Below are positions 19,714 through 29,139 of a DNA stretch of 64,000 bases, one piece after another; within the stretch, counting starts at the first letter, position 1; each line of letters begins with the position of its first letter. This stretch comes from Collinsella sp. (lineage in GTDB: Bacteria > Actinomycetota > Coriobacteriia > Coriobacteriales > Coriobacteriaceae): contig JAXJNG010000023.1 in NCBI GenBank assembly GCA_036312785.1, forward strand, positions 5,680 to 69,679. The letters are read 5' to 3'. The notes below the pieces were generated by a model, which saw only the letters and a list, made by a program, of their open reading frames with translations, did no database searches and was not told the origin of the DNA. Both the position numbers and the translations under genes were made by a program.

Positions 19714-20574
19714 ATGGACAGCAGGGATATCGAGAAATGGCGTGTCGAACTTGATAGCTACGCCCATGTAGAAGACGGCGTTGAGTATTGGCTCGCACGC
19801 GATTTAATGGAACCCCTCGGATACACCCAATGGCGTAATTTTGAGACTGCAGTTAAGAGATCCATGGCATCGTGTGACACGAATAAAATGCCTGTTGCCG
19901 CCCATTTTGCTGAGGCCAGCAAAATGGTAGATGCCGGCATCGCCAAACGAGCCGTAAAAGACTACAAGCTGACGCGCTATGCATGCTATTTAATCGCCCA
20001 AAACGGAGACCCAAACAAGCCGGAAATCGCGCTCGCACAGGCATACTTTGCCGTGCAGACGCGCCGCCAAGAGCTCATAGAGCAGCGCTTCGCAGAGATT
20101 CAGCGCTTGCAGGCGCGCCACTCGCTATCCGATTCGGAGAAACAGCTCTCGGGTATTGCGTTCAAACGCGGCGTGGACTCCAAAGGATTCGCGATCATCA
20201 AGTCGAAGGGCGATGAAGCGTTATTCGGCGGCAGAAGCACGGCGGAAATGAAGCAGCAGCTCGGCGTACCCAAGAGCGCGGCATTGGCGGACAGGTTAGC
20301 CGATGTCCTCATCAAAGCAAAGGACCTTACGAACTCGATGACGGCCTTCAACGCCGAGGAACACGACCTGTACGGTCTGGACCAGATCAAGCAAGAGCAC
20401 GTCGAGAACAACACAAGCGTGCGTGGCAGCCTCATCGACCGTGGGATTGTCCCCGAGAACCTACCGCCTGCCGAGGATACAAAAAAGCTCGAACGTCGCG
20501 TGAAAGCAGACGAGAAAAAGCTCAAGGAGGGTACTGACGGTTTTACCGATCCCCAGGGTAGGCTCGATCTGTGA
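19714..20574 (+). CDS. dinD: DinD-family protein (Bro-N-like N-terminus)
   Basis: [39 protein letters not shown] and PENLPPAED motifs. Confidence 0.88.
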   Translation: MDSRDIEKWRVELDSYAHVEDGVEYWLARDLMEPLGYTQWRNFETAVKRSMASCDTNKMPVAAHFAEASKMVDAGIAKRAVKDYKLTRYACYLIAQNGDPNKPEIALAQAYFAVQTRRQELIEQRFAEIQRLQARHSLSDSEKQLSGIAFKRGVDSKGFAIIKSKGDEALFGGRSTAEMKQQLGVPKSAALADRLADVLIKAKDLTNSMTAFNAEEHDLYGLDQIKQEHVENNTSVRGSLIDRGIVPENLPPAEDTKKLERRVKADEKKLKEGTDGFTDPQGRLDL

Positions 20575-20580
20575 AAGCGG

Positions 20581-20857
20581 CCGCGCCCTTTCGGGTTCGA
20601 CCCCATGCGAGGTCAACAAAAAAGACGGCCAACCGAAGTTAACCGTCTTAACATGCTTTGGTGGGCCGTCAGGGGGTCAGCCTGCTGCGCAGGCGGCCGC
20701 TGCGGCGCCAAGGCGCCTTGCGCGCTGCGCTGGTAAATGCTTACGCATTTCCTCAGCTCCGCGCCCTTTCGGGTTCGACCCCATGAAAGGTCAACAAAAA
20801 AAGACGGCCAACCGAAATTGACCGTCTTAACTTGCTTTGGTGGGCCGTCAGGGGGTC
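20581..20857 (-). repeat. Direct repeat (about 98 bp, period about 179 bp) duplicating the tRNA-Lys 3' end plus terminator
   Basis: 20581-20678 and 20759-20857 are nearly identical; 20659-20678 copies the last 20 nt of tRNA-Lys. Confidence 0.9.
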
Positions 20858-20913
20858 GAACCCTGGACCTTGGGATTAAGAGTCCCCTGCTCTACCAACT
20901 GAGCTAACGACCC
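20838..20913 (-). tRNA. tRNA-Lys (CTT)
   Basis: GGGTCGTTAGCTCAGTTGGTAGAGC...CTCTTAA...GGTTCGACCCC...CCA; 76 nt. Confidence 0.97.
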
Positions 20914-20956
20914 AAAGCTAGAGTCCGTTGTAGCGGACTTTAGAGGAGATATCGTG

Positions 20957-21032
20957 TGGTGGGCCGTCAGGGGGTCGAACCCTGGACCTTGGGATTAAGA
21001 GTCCCCTGCTCTACCAACTGAGCTAACGACCC
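20957..21032 (-). tRNA. tRNA-Lys (CTT), second identical copy
   Basis: Same 76-nt sequence as 20838..20913. Confidence 0.97.
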
Positions 21033-21054
21033 GATATCAACACGAAGCAAGAAC

Positions 21055-21132
21055 TGGGGTGGGTAAAGGGACTCGAACCCTCGACCTACGGGACCACAAC
21101 CCGTCGCTCTAGCCAACTGAGCTACACCCACC
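21055..21132 (-). tRNA. tRNA-His (GTG)
   Basis: Cloverleaf with TTGTGGT anticodon loop, encoded G-1 and CCA. Confidence 0.96.
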
Positions 21133-21158
21133 ATGTCCTGTGCGCTTCGCGCTCGACT

Positions 21159-21187
21159 ATTATTGCAAGGAACGCCACACGATGCAA
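21159..21187 (-). promoter_or_regulatory. Putative sigma70-type promoter of the tRNA cluster
   Basis: TTGCAT-17-AATAAT on the minus strand. Confidence 0.6.
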
Positions 21188-21297
21188 GCCCCAATTTTCA
21201 AGAATTTTGAAAAGAGTTTTTCGGATCCATTTCGAGCATTTCCCACCGGTTTCATAGGAGTAAACTTGCCCCACTGCAAATGCTCGAAAGGACCGGC

Positions 21298-22479
21298 ATG
21301 AAAGAACTCTCCAACCGCACGGCAACGTTTACCGATTCGGTCATCCGCCGCATGACGCGCATCTCCAGTAAGTATGGCGCCGTCAACCTGTCGCAGGGCT
21401 TCCCCGACTTCGATCCCCCGGCGCAGCTGCTCGATAGCCTCAGCACCATCGCCGCCGATCCCAAGCCGCTCTATCACCAGTACTCCATCACCTGGGGCTC
21501 CCAGGCCATGCGTGAGTCGCTTGCCGCCAAGCAGGAGCATTTTATGGGCATGCCGGTGAACCCCAACGAGAATATCGTAGTCACTTGCGGCTCCACCGAG
21601 GCCATGATGGCCGCCATGATGACGGTCACAAACCCCGGCGACAAGGTCGTCATCTTCTCGCCATTCTACGAGAACTACGGCGCCGACACGATCCTCTCGG
21701 GTGCCGAGCCCATCTACGTGCCGCTTAACCCACCTGCGTTCGACTTTGACCGCGAGACACTCGAGGCGGCCTTCCGCGACAACGATCCCAAGGCCATCGT
21801 CCTGTGCAACCCTTCCAACCCCTGCGGCAAGGTCTTTACGCGCGAGGAGCTCACCTTTATCGCCGACCTCTGCAAAAAGTACGACGCCTACTGCATTACC
21901 GACGAGGTATACGAGCACATCGTCTACGCGCCCCACGAGCACGTCTATATGGCCACGCTGCCCGGCATGTTCGAGCGAACCATCAGCTGCAGTTCGCTGT
22001 CTAAGACGTACTCCATCACCGGCTGGCGTCTTGGCTACACCATTGCCCCGGCCCAGATCACCGAGCGCATCAAGAAGGTCCACGACTTCCTCACCGTGGG
22101 TGCCGCCGCTCCCCTGCAGGAAGCCGTCGTCACCGCCCTCAATTTCGACGGCAGCTATTACGATGAGGTCCTTGACCTCTATACCGCCAAACGCGACCTG
22201 TTCTGCCAAGGGCTCGATAGTATCGGACTTAAGCACAACGTACCGCAGGGCGCCTACTACGTGATGATGGATATCTCTGAGTTTGGCTACGACAGCGACC
22301 TCGAGTTCTGCGAGGACCTGGCCTCAAAGGTGGGCGTGGGCGCAGTGCCCGGCTCGAGCTTCTTCCGCGAGCCCGTCAACCATCTGATTCGTTTCCACTT
22401 TGCCAAGCGAGACGAGACGCTTAACGCGGCACTGGAGAACCTCAAGTCTCTACGTGATAAAATTAAGCCGCGCGGGTAA
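21298..22479 (+). CDS. PLP-dependent aminotransferase class I/II
   Basis: NLSQGFPDF, NPSNPCG, DEVYEH and SKTYSITGWRLG motifs. Confidence 0.93.
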   Translation: MKELSNRTATFTDSVIRRMTRISSKYGAVNLSQGFPDFDPPAQLLDSLSTIAADPKPLYHQYSITWGSQAMRESLAAKQEHFMGMPVNPNENIVVTCGSTEAMMAAMMTVTNPGDKVVIFSPFYENYGADTILSGAEPIYVPLNPPAFDFDRETLEAAFRDNDPKAIVLCNPSNPCGKVFTREELTFIADLCKKYDAYCITDEVYEHIVYAPHEHVYMATLPGMFERTISCSSLSKTYSITGWRLGYTIAPAQITERIKKVHDFLTVGAAAPLQEAVVTALNFDGSYYDEVLDLYTAKRDLFCQGLDSIGLKHNVPQGAYYVMMDISEFGYDSDLEFCEDLASKVGVGAVPGSSFFREPVNHLIRFHFAKRDETLNAALENLKSLRDKIKPRG

Positions 22480-22504
22480 GGACGGCCTGGCAGCTAAAGT
22501 AGCC

Positions 22505-22545
22505 AAAGAAGCCTCGCACCGCCCGCCGCGTTGCGAGGCTTCTTT
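22505..22545. terminator. Intrinsic terminator
   Basis: AAAGAAGCCTCGCA...TGCGAGGCTTCTTT hairpin. Confidence 0.75.
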
Positions 22546-22620
22546 CTATAGCGCTTTCTTAAATGGTTTAGAGCTCTATACTTTAGTCACGGAGCAACTC
22601 GTCCCAGAGAGAGGAATACT

Positions 22621-23511
22621 ATGGCAGAACAGCAGCTTATCGGAGCGCTCGAGGCGGGCGGCACCAAGATGGTCTGCGCCACGGGCTATGCAGACGGCAC
22701 GGTCCTGGAGCGTGAGCAGATCGCGACCACGACCCCGCAGGAGACCGTTGAGGCCGTCAATGCATGGTTTGCCGACAAGGGCATCACCGCGCTGGGCATC
22801 GGCGCCTTTGGCCCCACCGCAGTCAACCCCGCGTCGCCCCAATACGGCAAGATCCTGGAGACGCCCAAAACGGCATGGCGCTACTTTGATCTGCTGGGCA
22901 CCATCCAAAACGAGCTCAATATTCCCTGTGGCTACGACACCGACGTCAACGTTGCCTGCTTGGGCGAGGTCACCTTTGGTTGCGCCCAGGGCCTCACCGA
23001 CGTGGTCTACCTGACCATCGGCACCGGCGTGGGCGCCGGCGTGCTCTCGGGCGGTAAGCTCGTGCACGGCATGATGCATCCCGAGGCCGGCCACATCCTG
23101 GTCACGCGCGACCCGCGCGACACCATTGGCGAGCATAGCGCCTGCCCCTTCCATGACAACTGCCTCGAGGGCCTCATCGCCGGCCCTGGCGTTAAAAAGC
23201 GCTGGGATGGCAAGAGCGCCGGAGACATGGCCGATGACCCGGAGGCCATGGACCTGCTCGCAGGCTATCTGGCACAGGCGCTCATGACCTACACGCTGTG
23301 CTACGCACCGCAAAAGATCATCATCGGCGGCGGCGTGGCCGACCACACCCCCATCGTGCCGCTCGCACGCAAAAAGTGCGCCGAGATGCTCAACGGCTAT
23401 ATCGTCACGCCCGAGGTCAACGACATCGATTCCTATATTGTCAACAACAGCCTCGAGGGCAAGCAGGGCATCATGGGCTGCCTGGCCCTGGGCGCACAGG
23501 CGCTTCAGTAG
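22621..23511 (+). CDS. ROK-family sugar kinase (fructokinase-like)
   Basis: EAGGTK, TDVN, TIGTGVG, HPEAGH and CPFHDNCLEG motifs. Confidence 0.92.
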   Translation: MAEQQLIGALEAGGTKMVCATGYADGTVLEREQIATTTPQETVEAVNAWFADKGITALGIGAFGPTAVNPASPQYGKILETPKTAWRYFDLLGTIQNELNIPCGYDTDVNVACLGEVTFGCAQGLTDVVYLTIGTGVGAGVLSGGKLVHGMMHPEAGHILVTRDPRDTIGEHSACPFHDNCLEGLIAGPGVKKRWDGKSAGDMADDPEAMDLLAGYLAQALMTYTLCYAPQKIIIGGGVADHTPIVPLARKKCAEMLNGYIVTPEVNDIDSYIVNNSLEGKQGIMGCLALGAQALQ

Positions 23512-23625
23512 CAGACGCACCCACAGGGCGTGGCGCGCTCGGCAAATCCAACCTACGGAACGACGCCACCACGCCCCATATAAGCCCTCAAATAAAAAAG
23601 GCCGCCTAGGACCAAACAATACGTC

Positions 23626-24075
23626 CTAGGCGGCCTTTTTGGCGTACATCAGCGACCGTAAGAGATATCGGAGCACAACGCCCATTGCCGCTCCACAGCA
23701 GTCGATCATCACATCGGTGATCATGCCGGCGCGTCCCGGCACAAAGAGCTGAATCGTCTCGTCGATCGAGGGAATCAGCAGCAGGAACACCTCCGTGGGC
23801 AGCAGCACGTCAAAGGTGTGCCGGCCCTCAAAATCAAAAGCGTGCGTTGCCAGGATGCCGAGCACCATATACTCGGTAAAATGCGCGCACTTGCGAACAA
23901 CAAAGTTGGTCACCCATTCATATGGAAGTCCCACGCCGTGCAGGAAACCGCGGATAGTTTCCATGACCGTTAGGCTCAGCGAGCCCGACCCCGAGCCGGG
24001 AACCAGCGAATTGCCCCAGATCAAGAGCGCCGTCAGGCAGGTTACAACCGCCCATTTTCGATTGATCTTAACCAT
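23626..24075 (-). CDS. VanZ-family membrane protein
   Basis: RKCAHFTEY, DETIQLFVPGR and DVMID motifs. Confidence 0.88.
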   Translation of the reverse strand: MVKINRKWAVVTCLTALLIWGNSLVPGSGSGSLSLTVMETIRGFLHGVGLPYEWVTNFVVRKCAHFTEYMVLGILATHAFDFEGRHTFDVLLPTEVFLLLIPSIDETIQLFVPGRAGMITDVMIDCCGAAMGVVLRYLLRSLMYAKKAA

Positions 24076-24082
24076 GCAGAAG

Positions 24083-25483
24083 TTATGCCTCCGCGCGGAG
24101 CGGCGCGAAGCTGGCGGTACCGCCCTCGATAACGCTCAGATAAGCACGGCCCGTACGCTTGGCGGTAGAGGACTGTAGGCGCTCGATCTCTTCCTCGAGG
24201 ATCTGATTGACGCGCTCGTGACGACGATTTTCCATAATGCCGGCGGCAATAGCCTCGGCCCGCTCGATGCTCTCGCGCGAGATGCGGGCGGTATCCTCGG
24301 GGAACACAGCGCTGTGACGGCCGACATAGGCGGGGGCAGCAGGCTGAGGGGCAGCAACGGGAGCGGGCGCTACAACAGGAGCGGGCTCGTCAATCTCATC
24401 CAGAATCGCGGTGGCGGCGGCCCACATGTCCTCGTGGCCCGAGTAATCGGCCATGGGGACATCAACCTCGAGCGAGGCGTCCGGAAGGTCGCCGGTGTCG
24501 ATGCGATCTTGGGCATCAATCGATGCGGTGATGGCTGCAGGCTCATCGAGGTCATCGAGATCGATGTCCGCGGCACCGGAGATGATAGGCATGCTGGCGA
24601 GGTTTGCGTTGTACGGCGCAGCCTCAGCCGCCTGCTGCTGGGCAGGAGCGCCCCAAAGCGAGCTTTCGGCGGCACGACGGGCGGCAACGGCCTCCTCGTC
24701 CGCGGCCATGGCTTCATCAACGTACGAATTGTCGGCAGAAGCGTTCGCGTCCGCCGAGGTAGCGCTGTAGGCGTTATTGGCTGCCGCGTTGGCGACGAGC
24801 GCCACGAAAGCCGCCGTGCTGCCCGCAGGGGCGGCCTGGGAGCCAGACACGGCGCGTGCCGCGGCGGCGATGTCGTCGCGATTGAAGGAGTCGGTCTGCC
24901 CGCCGTTGGTGAGCTCGTCGATGGCGACTTGATAGACGTCGCGCGAGTGTGCAGGGTCGCAGCTCACCGGCGAATCGTCGTCGAGCATACTGTCGATCAT
25001 GGACCAAGCCTCGTCCTCGTCCATAGCATCTGCGGCTCGAGCGATGGTAGGGACACCATCATCGGCATGACGGCGCTGGAACGCACCAGTCAGGCCGGAA
25101 AGGAATGCCGAGGTAGACTGCTCCGCCTGAGCCTGAGAAGCAGAAGCCGCAGCGTAAGGAGTCGCATCCTGCTGCTGAGCTGGAATCGAGGCGGTCTTGA
25201 ACTCGCTTTGATGCTGATTGAGATTGGCGGCACCGCCCATGGCATCGGGCTGGAACAGACGCTCTTCACGCTGCGCACGATACTCGGAGATACCCAGCGA
25301 GGCGGCATAGATACCCACGCCCGCCACCGCGCCCACGGCGAAGGGAACCGCACCCGCCACGACCGTCTCGTTCACAGACGAAAACGGCAGCGTCGCGGCA
25401 TACATAACCACGGGAGCGGCAAGGCCGATCCCGCACGAAAGTCCGGCAAGGACTGCTCGTTGTGTTGCATCAGAAGAAGCCAT
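24083..25483 (-). CDS. Hypothetical membrane-anchored protein with long acidic Ala-rich tail
   Basis: Two N-terminal hydrophobic segments; plausible codon usage; GGAGAG RBS. Confidence 0.7.
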   Translation of the reverse strand: MASSDATQRAVLAGLSCGIGLAAPVVMYAATLPFSSVNETVVAGAVPFAVGAVAGVGIYAASLGISEYRAQREERLFQPDAMGGAANLNQHQSEFKTASIPAQQQDATPYAAASASQAQAEQSTSAFLSGLTGAFQRRHADDGVPTIARAADAMDEDEAWSMIDSMLDDDSPVSCDPAHSRDVYQVAIDELTNGGQTDSFNRDDIAAAARAVSGSQAAPAGSTAAFVALVANAAANNAYSATSADANASADNSYVDEAMAADEEAVAARRAAESSLWGAPAQQQAAEAAPYNANLASMPIISGAADIDLDDLDEPAAITASIDAQDRIDTGDLPDASLEVDVPMADYSGHEDMWAAATAILDEIDEPAPVVAPAPVAAPQPAAPAYVGRHSAVFPEDTARISRESIERAEAIAAGIMENRRHERVNQILEEEIERLQSSTAKRTGRAYLSVIEGGTASFAPLRAEA

Positions 25484-25796
25484 GAGCTCTCCCCATCTTC
25501 CAGCACCCAAATCGCATCATTTAGTTGGCTGCGCGAGAGAAGATGAAGCGGGGCTATGCCCCAAAGCAACGGTATATGGTTCGTTTCATCTGCGTTTTCC
25601 GTCGCGAAGCTTAAAAGCTATTATGCGAAACCGCCCAGTCGATTGCAAGCGACGATGTCGGATTGAAACGGGAAACCTGCTGCTCGTCGGTCTTATGGTC
25701 AAAAAATGGTGACGAACGGCGATATGGAAAAGGGCCGAGGCTCAAAGCCCCGACCCTTTATTGCATTGATGACTATCGCTGCGTGTGGATGACAAC

Positions 25797-28352
25797 CTAG
25801 AACGTCTGCTCGTAGTCGCTGTGTTTTTTGGCCGAACGCACCAGGAACTCCTGGTTGGTGTTGGTGCCCTTAAGACCCTTGATAAACGACGCGGCTGCGC
25901 GCTCGGTGTTGTTCATGCCGGCAAGAATGCGACGCAGGCCAAAGACAAACGGACGCATCTGCTCGTCGACCAACAGGTCCTCGTTACGCGTACCGGAGGC
26001 AACGGGGTCGATAGCCGGGAAGATGCGGCGGTCAGCCAGGTCGCGGTCGAGCTTAAGCTCCATGTTGCCGGTGCCCTTGAACTCCTCAAAGATGACTTCG
26101 TCCATCTTGGAACCGGTGTCGATGAGGGCAGAGGCCAGGATGGTGAGCGAGCCACCGTTCTCGATATTACGGGCTGCGCCCAGGAAGCGCTTGGGCGGAT
26201 ACAGGGCCGCCGAATCGACGCCACCCGAAAGGATGCGGCCCGAGGCGGGCGCCGCCAAGTTGTAGGCGCGGGCAAGACGCGTGATGGAGTCGAGCACCAC
26301 CACAACATCGCCGCCCAGCTCCACGATGCGCTTGGCGCGCTCGATGACGAGCTCTGCCACACGAGTGTGGTTGTCGGCGGGCATATCGAAGGTCGACGCC
26401 ACAACCTCGCCCTTGATGGAACGCTGCATATCGGTGACCTCTTCGGGGCGCTCGTCGACGAGCAGGCAGATGAGGTGCACCTCGGGGTTGTTAATCGAGA
26501 TGGACTGGCAGATCTTCTTGAGGATCGTGGTCTTGCCGGCCTTGGGCGGGGACACGATCAGGCCACGCTGACCCTTGCCGATCGGCGACACGATGTCGAT
26601 GGCGCGACCAGTAATGGAGTCCTTGCCGTGCTCCATGCGCAGCGGCTCGTTGGGATAGACCGGGGTAAGGTCGCCGAACTTGGGACGGCTGCGAATCTGC
26701 TCGGGGTCCAGACCGTTGACGGTCGTGATTTTGGCGAGGCCGGCGCGCTTGTCGCCGCCGCGCGAAGGACGAAGCGAGCCCTCGATGACGTCGCCCGTGC
26801 GCAGGCGCGCGGAGCGGATGAGGTAGGCGGGCACGAAGGCGTCGTCGTTGGACTTCATGTAGCCGTGGGCATGGATGATGCCTGAGCTATCCGGGCGAAT
26901 CTGCAGAATACCCTTGATGTCGCGGAAGCCCTCGGCCTTCGCGGCGGTGGTGTAGATCTCTTCGACGAGTTCGGCCTTCTTCTTGCCGGTCGTCTCAATC
27001 TCGAACTCCTTGGCCTTCTCGCGCAGCTCGGCGACCTTCATGGCCGCGAGCTCCTCGCGCGAAAGCGTGGGCTCGGTGGGGGCGGCGTTGCGCTCCTTGT
27101 TGCGCTGTTTGCGATCGCGCTGGCGGTTACGACGGTCGTTGTTGCGCTCGTCCTTGCGGTCGCTGCGGTCGTCATTGCGCTTGTGCTGGCGACGGTTGGG
27201 GCGAGCGCCGTCTTCGGCCTCGGCGGGCGCGGCGCCATCGGTTGCGGCGGCGTCGGCATTGGCCGCAGCGGCGTCATTGGCCTCGGCGCCGGAATCGACC
27301 TGCGCTTCGACATCAGCCTGCCGCTCGGACGCCTTGGACTTAGCGGACTTCTTACGACCGCGCTTGGGCTTCTCGGGCGCAGGCTGTTCGACGTCCTGGG
27401 ACTCAGCGGCATCAATCGATGCATCGGCGGTCGTCTCGGCGGAATCCTCGGACGCACCCTTCTTGGCAGCCTTGGCCTTGGACGTGCGCTTAGCAGCAGT
27501 ACGATGGCTGCGACTAGGGCGGACGTCGGCGGGCTCGACATCAGCAGAAACGGCCTCGGAAGTCGTAGCATCCTGGACGGGCGCGTCGGCAGCGGTTGCA
27601 GGCTCGGCGGTCGCCGCAGCATCCCGAGCGGCGGCGGCTGCGGCTGCGGCCTTCTCGGCCTCGACGAAAGCCTTGGGCTTGCGACCGCGACGGTGCGGGC
27701 GCAAAGCCGGATCGACAACGGGAACTTCGCTGGCCTCGGCAGGCGCAGCGGGCTCAACAGGCGATGTGCCCTCCCCTGCCGCGGAACGGACCGAAGCCTC
27801 AGCGAGCTCGGGGGTTACCTGATCGGCAACCTGCTCGGCCTTAGCAGCCGTGCGACGGCGTGTGCGCGGTGCCGGCTTCTCGGTCGGTTGGTCGGCGGCA
27901 GGGGTCTCGGGCACAGACGGGGCTGCAAACTCGGTCAGAGCCGCGGCCTCGCGCTCGGCAGCACGACGGCGGGCGCGCACCACCTGAGCCTCGCTAATCT
28001 GCGCCAACGCACGTGCCTGCGCGACCTCATCGGAAATCGGCGCCGAGGAGTCAGCTGCAACGGTGCGCTTGGCGCGCGTCGTGCGCGTGGTACGGCGCTT
28101 GGGCTTGGTGACCTCCTCGCCGTCAGCAGCAGGCTTGGTCGTGCGGCGCGTACGCTTGGGCTTTGCCGGAGCAGCCTCCTCACCAGTTGCAGGCACGGCC
28201 TTCTCAGCCGCTGCAGGCGTAGGCGTCGAAGCAGCCTTAGGCGTCTCAGGAGCCGAGGCTTGCGCGGGCGCCGCGACCTGGTCCGACGCAACCGGTGCAG
28301 CGGGAGCGGTCTGCGTCGTCGTTATTTCGTTTTCTTGCTGTTGATCAGACAC
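25797..28352 (-). CDS. rho: Transcription termination factor Rho with long N-terminal low-complexity extension
   Basis: PIGKGQRGLIVSPPKAGKT, DERPEEVTD, LDSITRLARAYN and FEEFKGTGNMEL motifs. Confidence 0.97.
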   Translation of the reverse strand: MSDQQQENEITTTQTAPAAPVASDQVAAPAQASAPETPKAASTPTPAAAEKAVPATGEEAAPAKPKRTRRTTKPAADGEEVTKPKRRTTRTTRAKRTVAADSSAPISDEVAQARALAQISEAQVVRARRRAAEREAAALTEFAAPSVPETPAADQPTEKPAPRTRRRTAAKAEQVADQVTPELAEASVRSAAGEGTSPVEPAAPAEASEVPVVDPALRPHRRGRKPKAFVEAEKAAAAAAAARDAAATAEPATAADAPVQDATTSEAVSADVEPADVRPSRSHRTAAKRTSKAKAAKKGASEDSAETTADASIDAAESQDVEQPAPEKPKRGRKKSAKSKASERQADVEAQVDSGAEANDAAAANADAAATDGAAPAEAEDGARPNRRQHKRNDDRSDRKDERNNDRRNRQRDRKQRNKERNAAPTEPTLSREELAAMKVAELREKAKEFEIETTGKKKAELVEEIYTTAAKAEGFRDIKGILQIRPDSSGIIHAHGYMKSNDDAFVPAYLIRSARLRTGDVIEGSLRPSRGGDKRAGLAKITTVNGLDPEQIRSRPKFGDLTPVYPNEPLRMEHGKDSITGRAIDIVSPIGKGQRGLIVSPPKAGKTTILKKICQSISINNPEVHLICLLVDERPEEVTDMQRSIKGEVVASTFDMPADNHTRVAELVIERAKRIVELGGDVVVVLDSITRLARAYNLAAPASGRILSGGVDSAALYPPKRFLGAARNIENGGSLTILASALIDTGSKMDEVIFEEFKGTGNMELKLDRDLADRRIFPAIDPVASGTRNEDLLVDEQMRPFVFGLRRILAGMNNTERAAASFIKGLKGTNTNQEFLVRSAKKHSDYEQTF

Positions 28353-28635
28353 AGTGTTTGCTCAACTTTCTTTTCAAGCCCTGTGATCACATGCTCCCTG
28401 CATAAACCTTCAGGGCGGCTAAACAGTCTAGCTCCGTCAAATACCGACGGACATCATTGATCTGTATCGAGATATTTGCGTCATATACGCAGCTTTAGTG
28501 TAACACAACCGCCGCCACCTGCAACTTAGTCATTGGACGTTCTTAAACGCCCAGTCATCAGGGACACTCCTCCTCAAAAGCGCCTTGAAATGTCGCGCCA
28601 GAGGAGTGAAGCCGTGGCACCTGGAATAGCCGCGC

Positions 28636-28790
28636 CACGAATCGCGCCCATCTGCTACGTTTGCCCCGAGCCCCTGACCATACCCTTGTTTTTTCAAAAA
28701 CAACGAGTCTGCTACCTGCGGTTTTAATATCGTACTTTTCGGCATGGTTCGGGATATGCGTCCAAACGTAGGAGATGAGCCCAATTCGTG
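28636..28790. repeat. Inverted-arm element centred on CTACCTGCGGTTTTA
   Basis: 28636-28663 and 28763-28790 are inverted repeats (24/28); the motif sits at the midpoint. Confidence 0.75.
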
Positions 28791-28822
28791 ACGGACGGTA
28801 TCCCGCCACCCCTCTTCGAGAC

Positions 28823-28863
28823 AAAAATGATCCGTTTTCCTCCGTCCCCAAGGGACAATTTTC
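28823..28863 (-). repeat. GGGGAC-core palindrome (family C)
   Basis: ATGATCCG-TTTTCCTCC-GTCCCC-AA-GGGACAAT; homologous to 38167..38199. Confidence 0.7.
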
Positions 28864-28865
28864 AA

Positions 28866-29013
28866 AACTACGCCGGATTACGGGGCCAGGATGCTGCAAG
28901 CCAACCATACCCTGCATTATCAAGAAACAATAAGCCATCTACCTGCGGGTTTAATTTCACTATTGGCACCATGGTCGCCAGTTGGCGATTCAGCCCCGTA
29001 AACCGGTATAGTT
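28866..29013. repeat. Inverted-arm element centred on CTACCTGCGGGTTTA
   Basis: 28866-28886 and 28993-29013 are inverted repeats (18/21); the motif sits at the midpoint. Confidence 0.75.
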
Positions 29014-29060
29014 GCAATTTGGTAGCATTTCCCAGCAAACCAAATAGTCTCACCAAACGC

Positions 29061-29093
29061 AAAAAACCCGACCTCCGCATGGAGATCGGGCTT
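29061..29093 (-). terminator. Intrinsic terminator after argS
   Basis: CCCGACCTCC...GGAGATCGGG hairpin with an A6 run (T-tract on the minus strand). Confidence 0.8.
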
Positions 29094-29139
29094 ATAGGGC
29101 TCAGCAAAGCCGAACCTACACGGTCAAATGATCCGTAGC

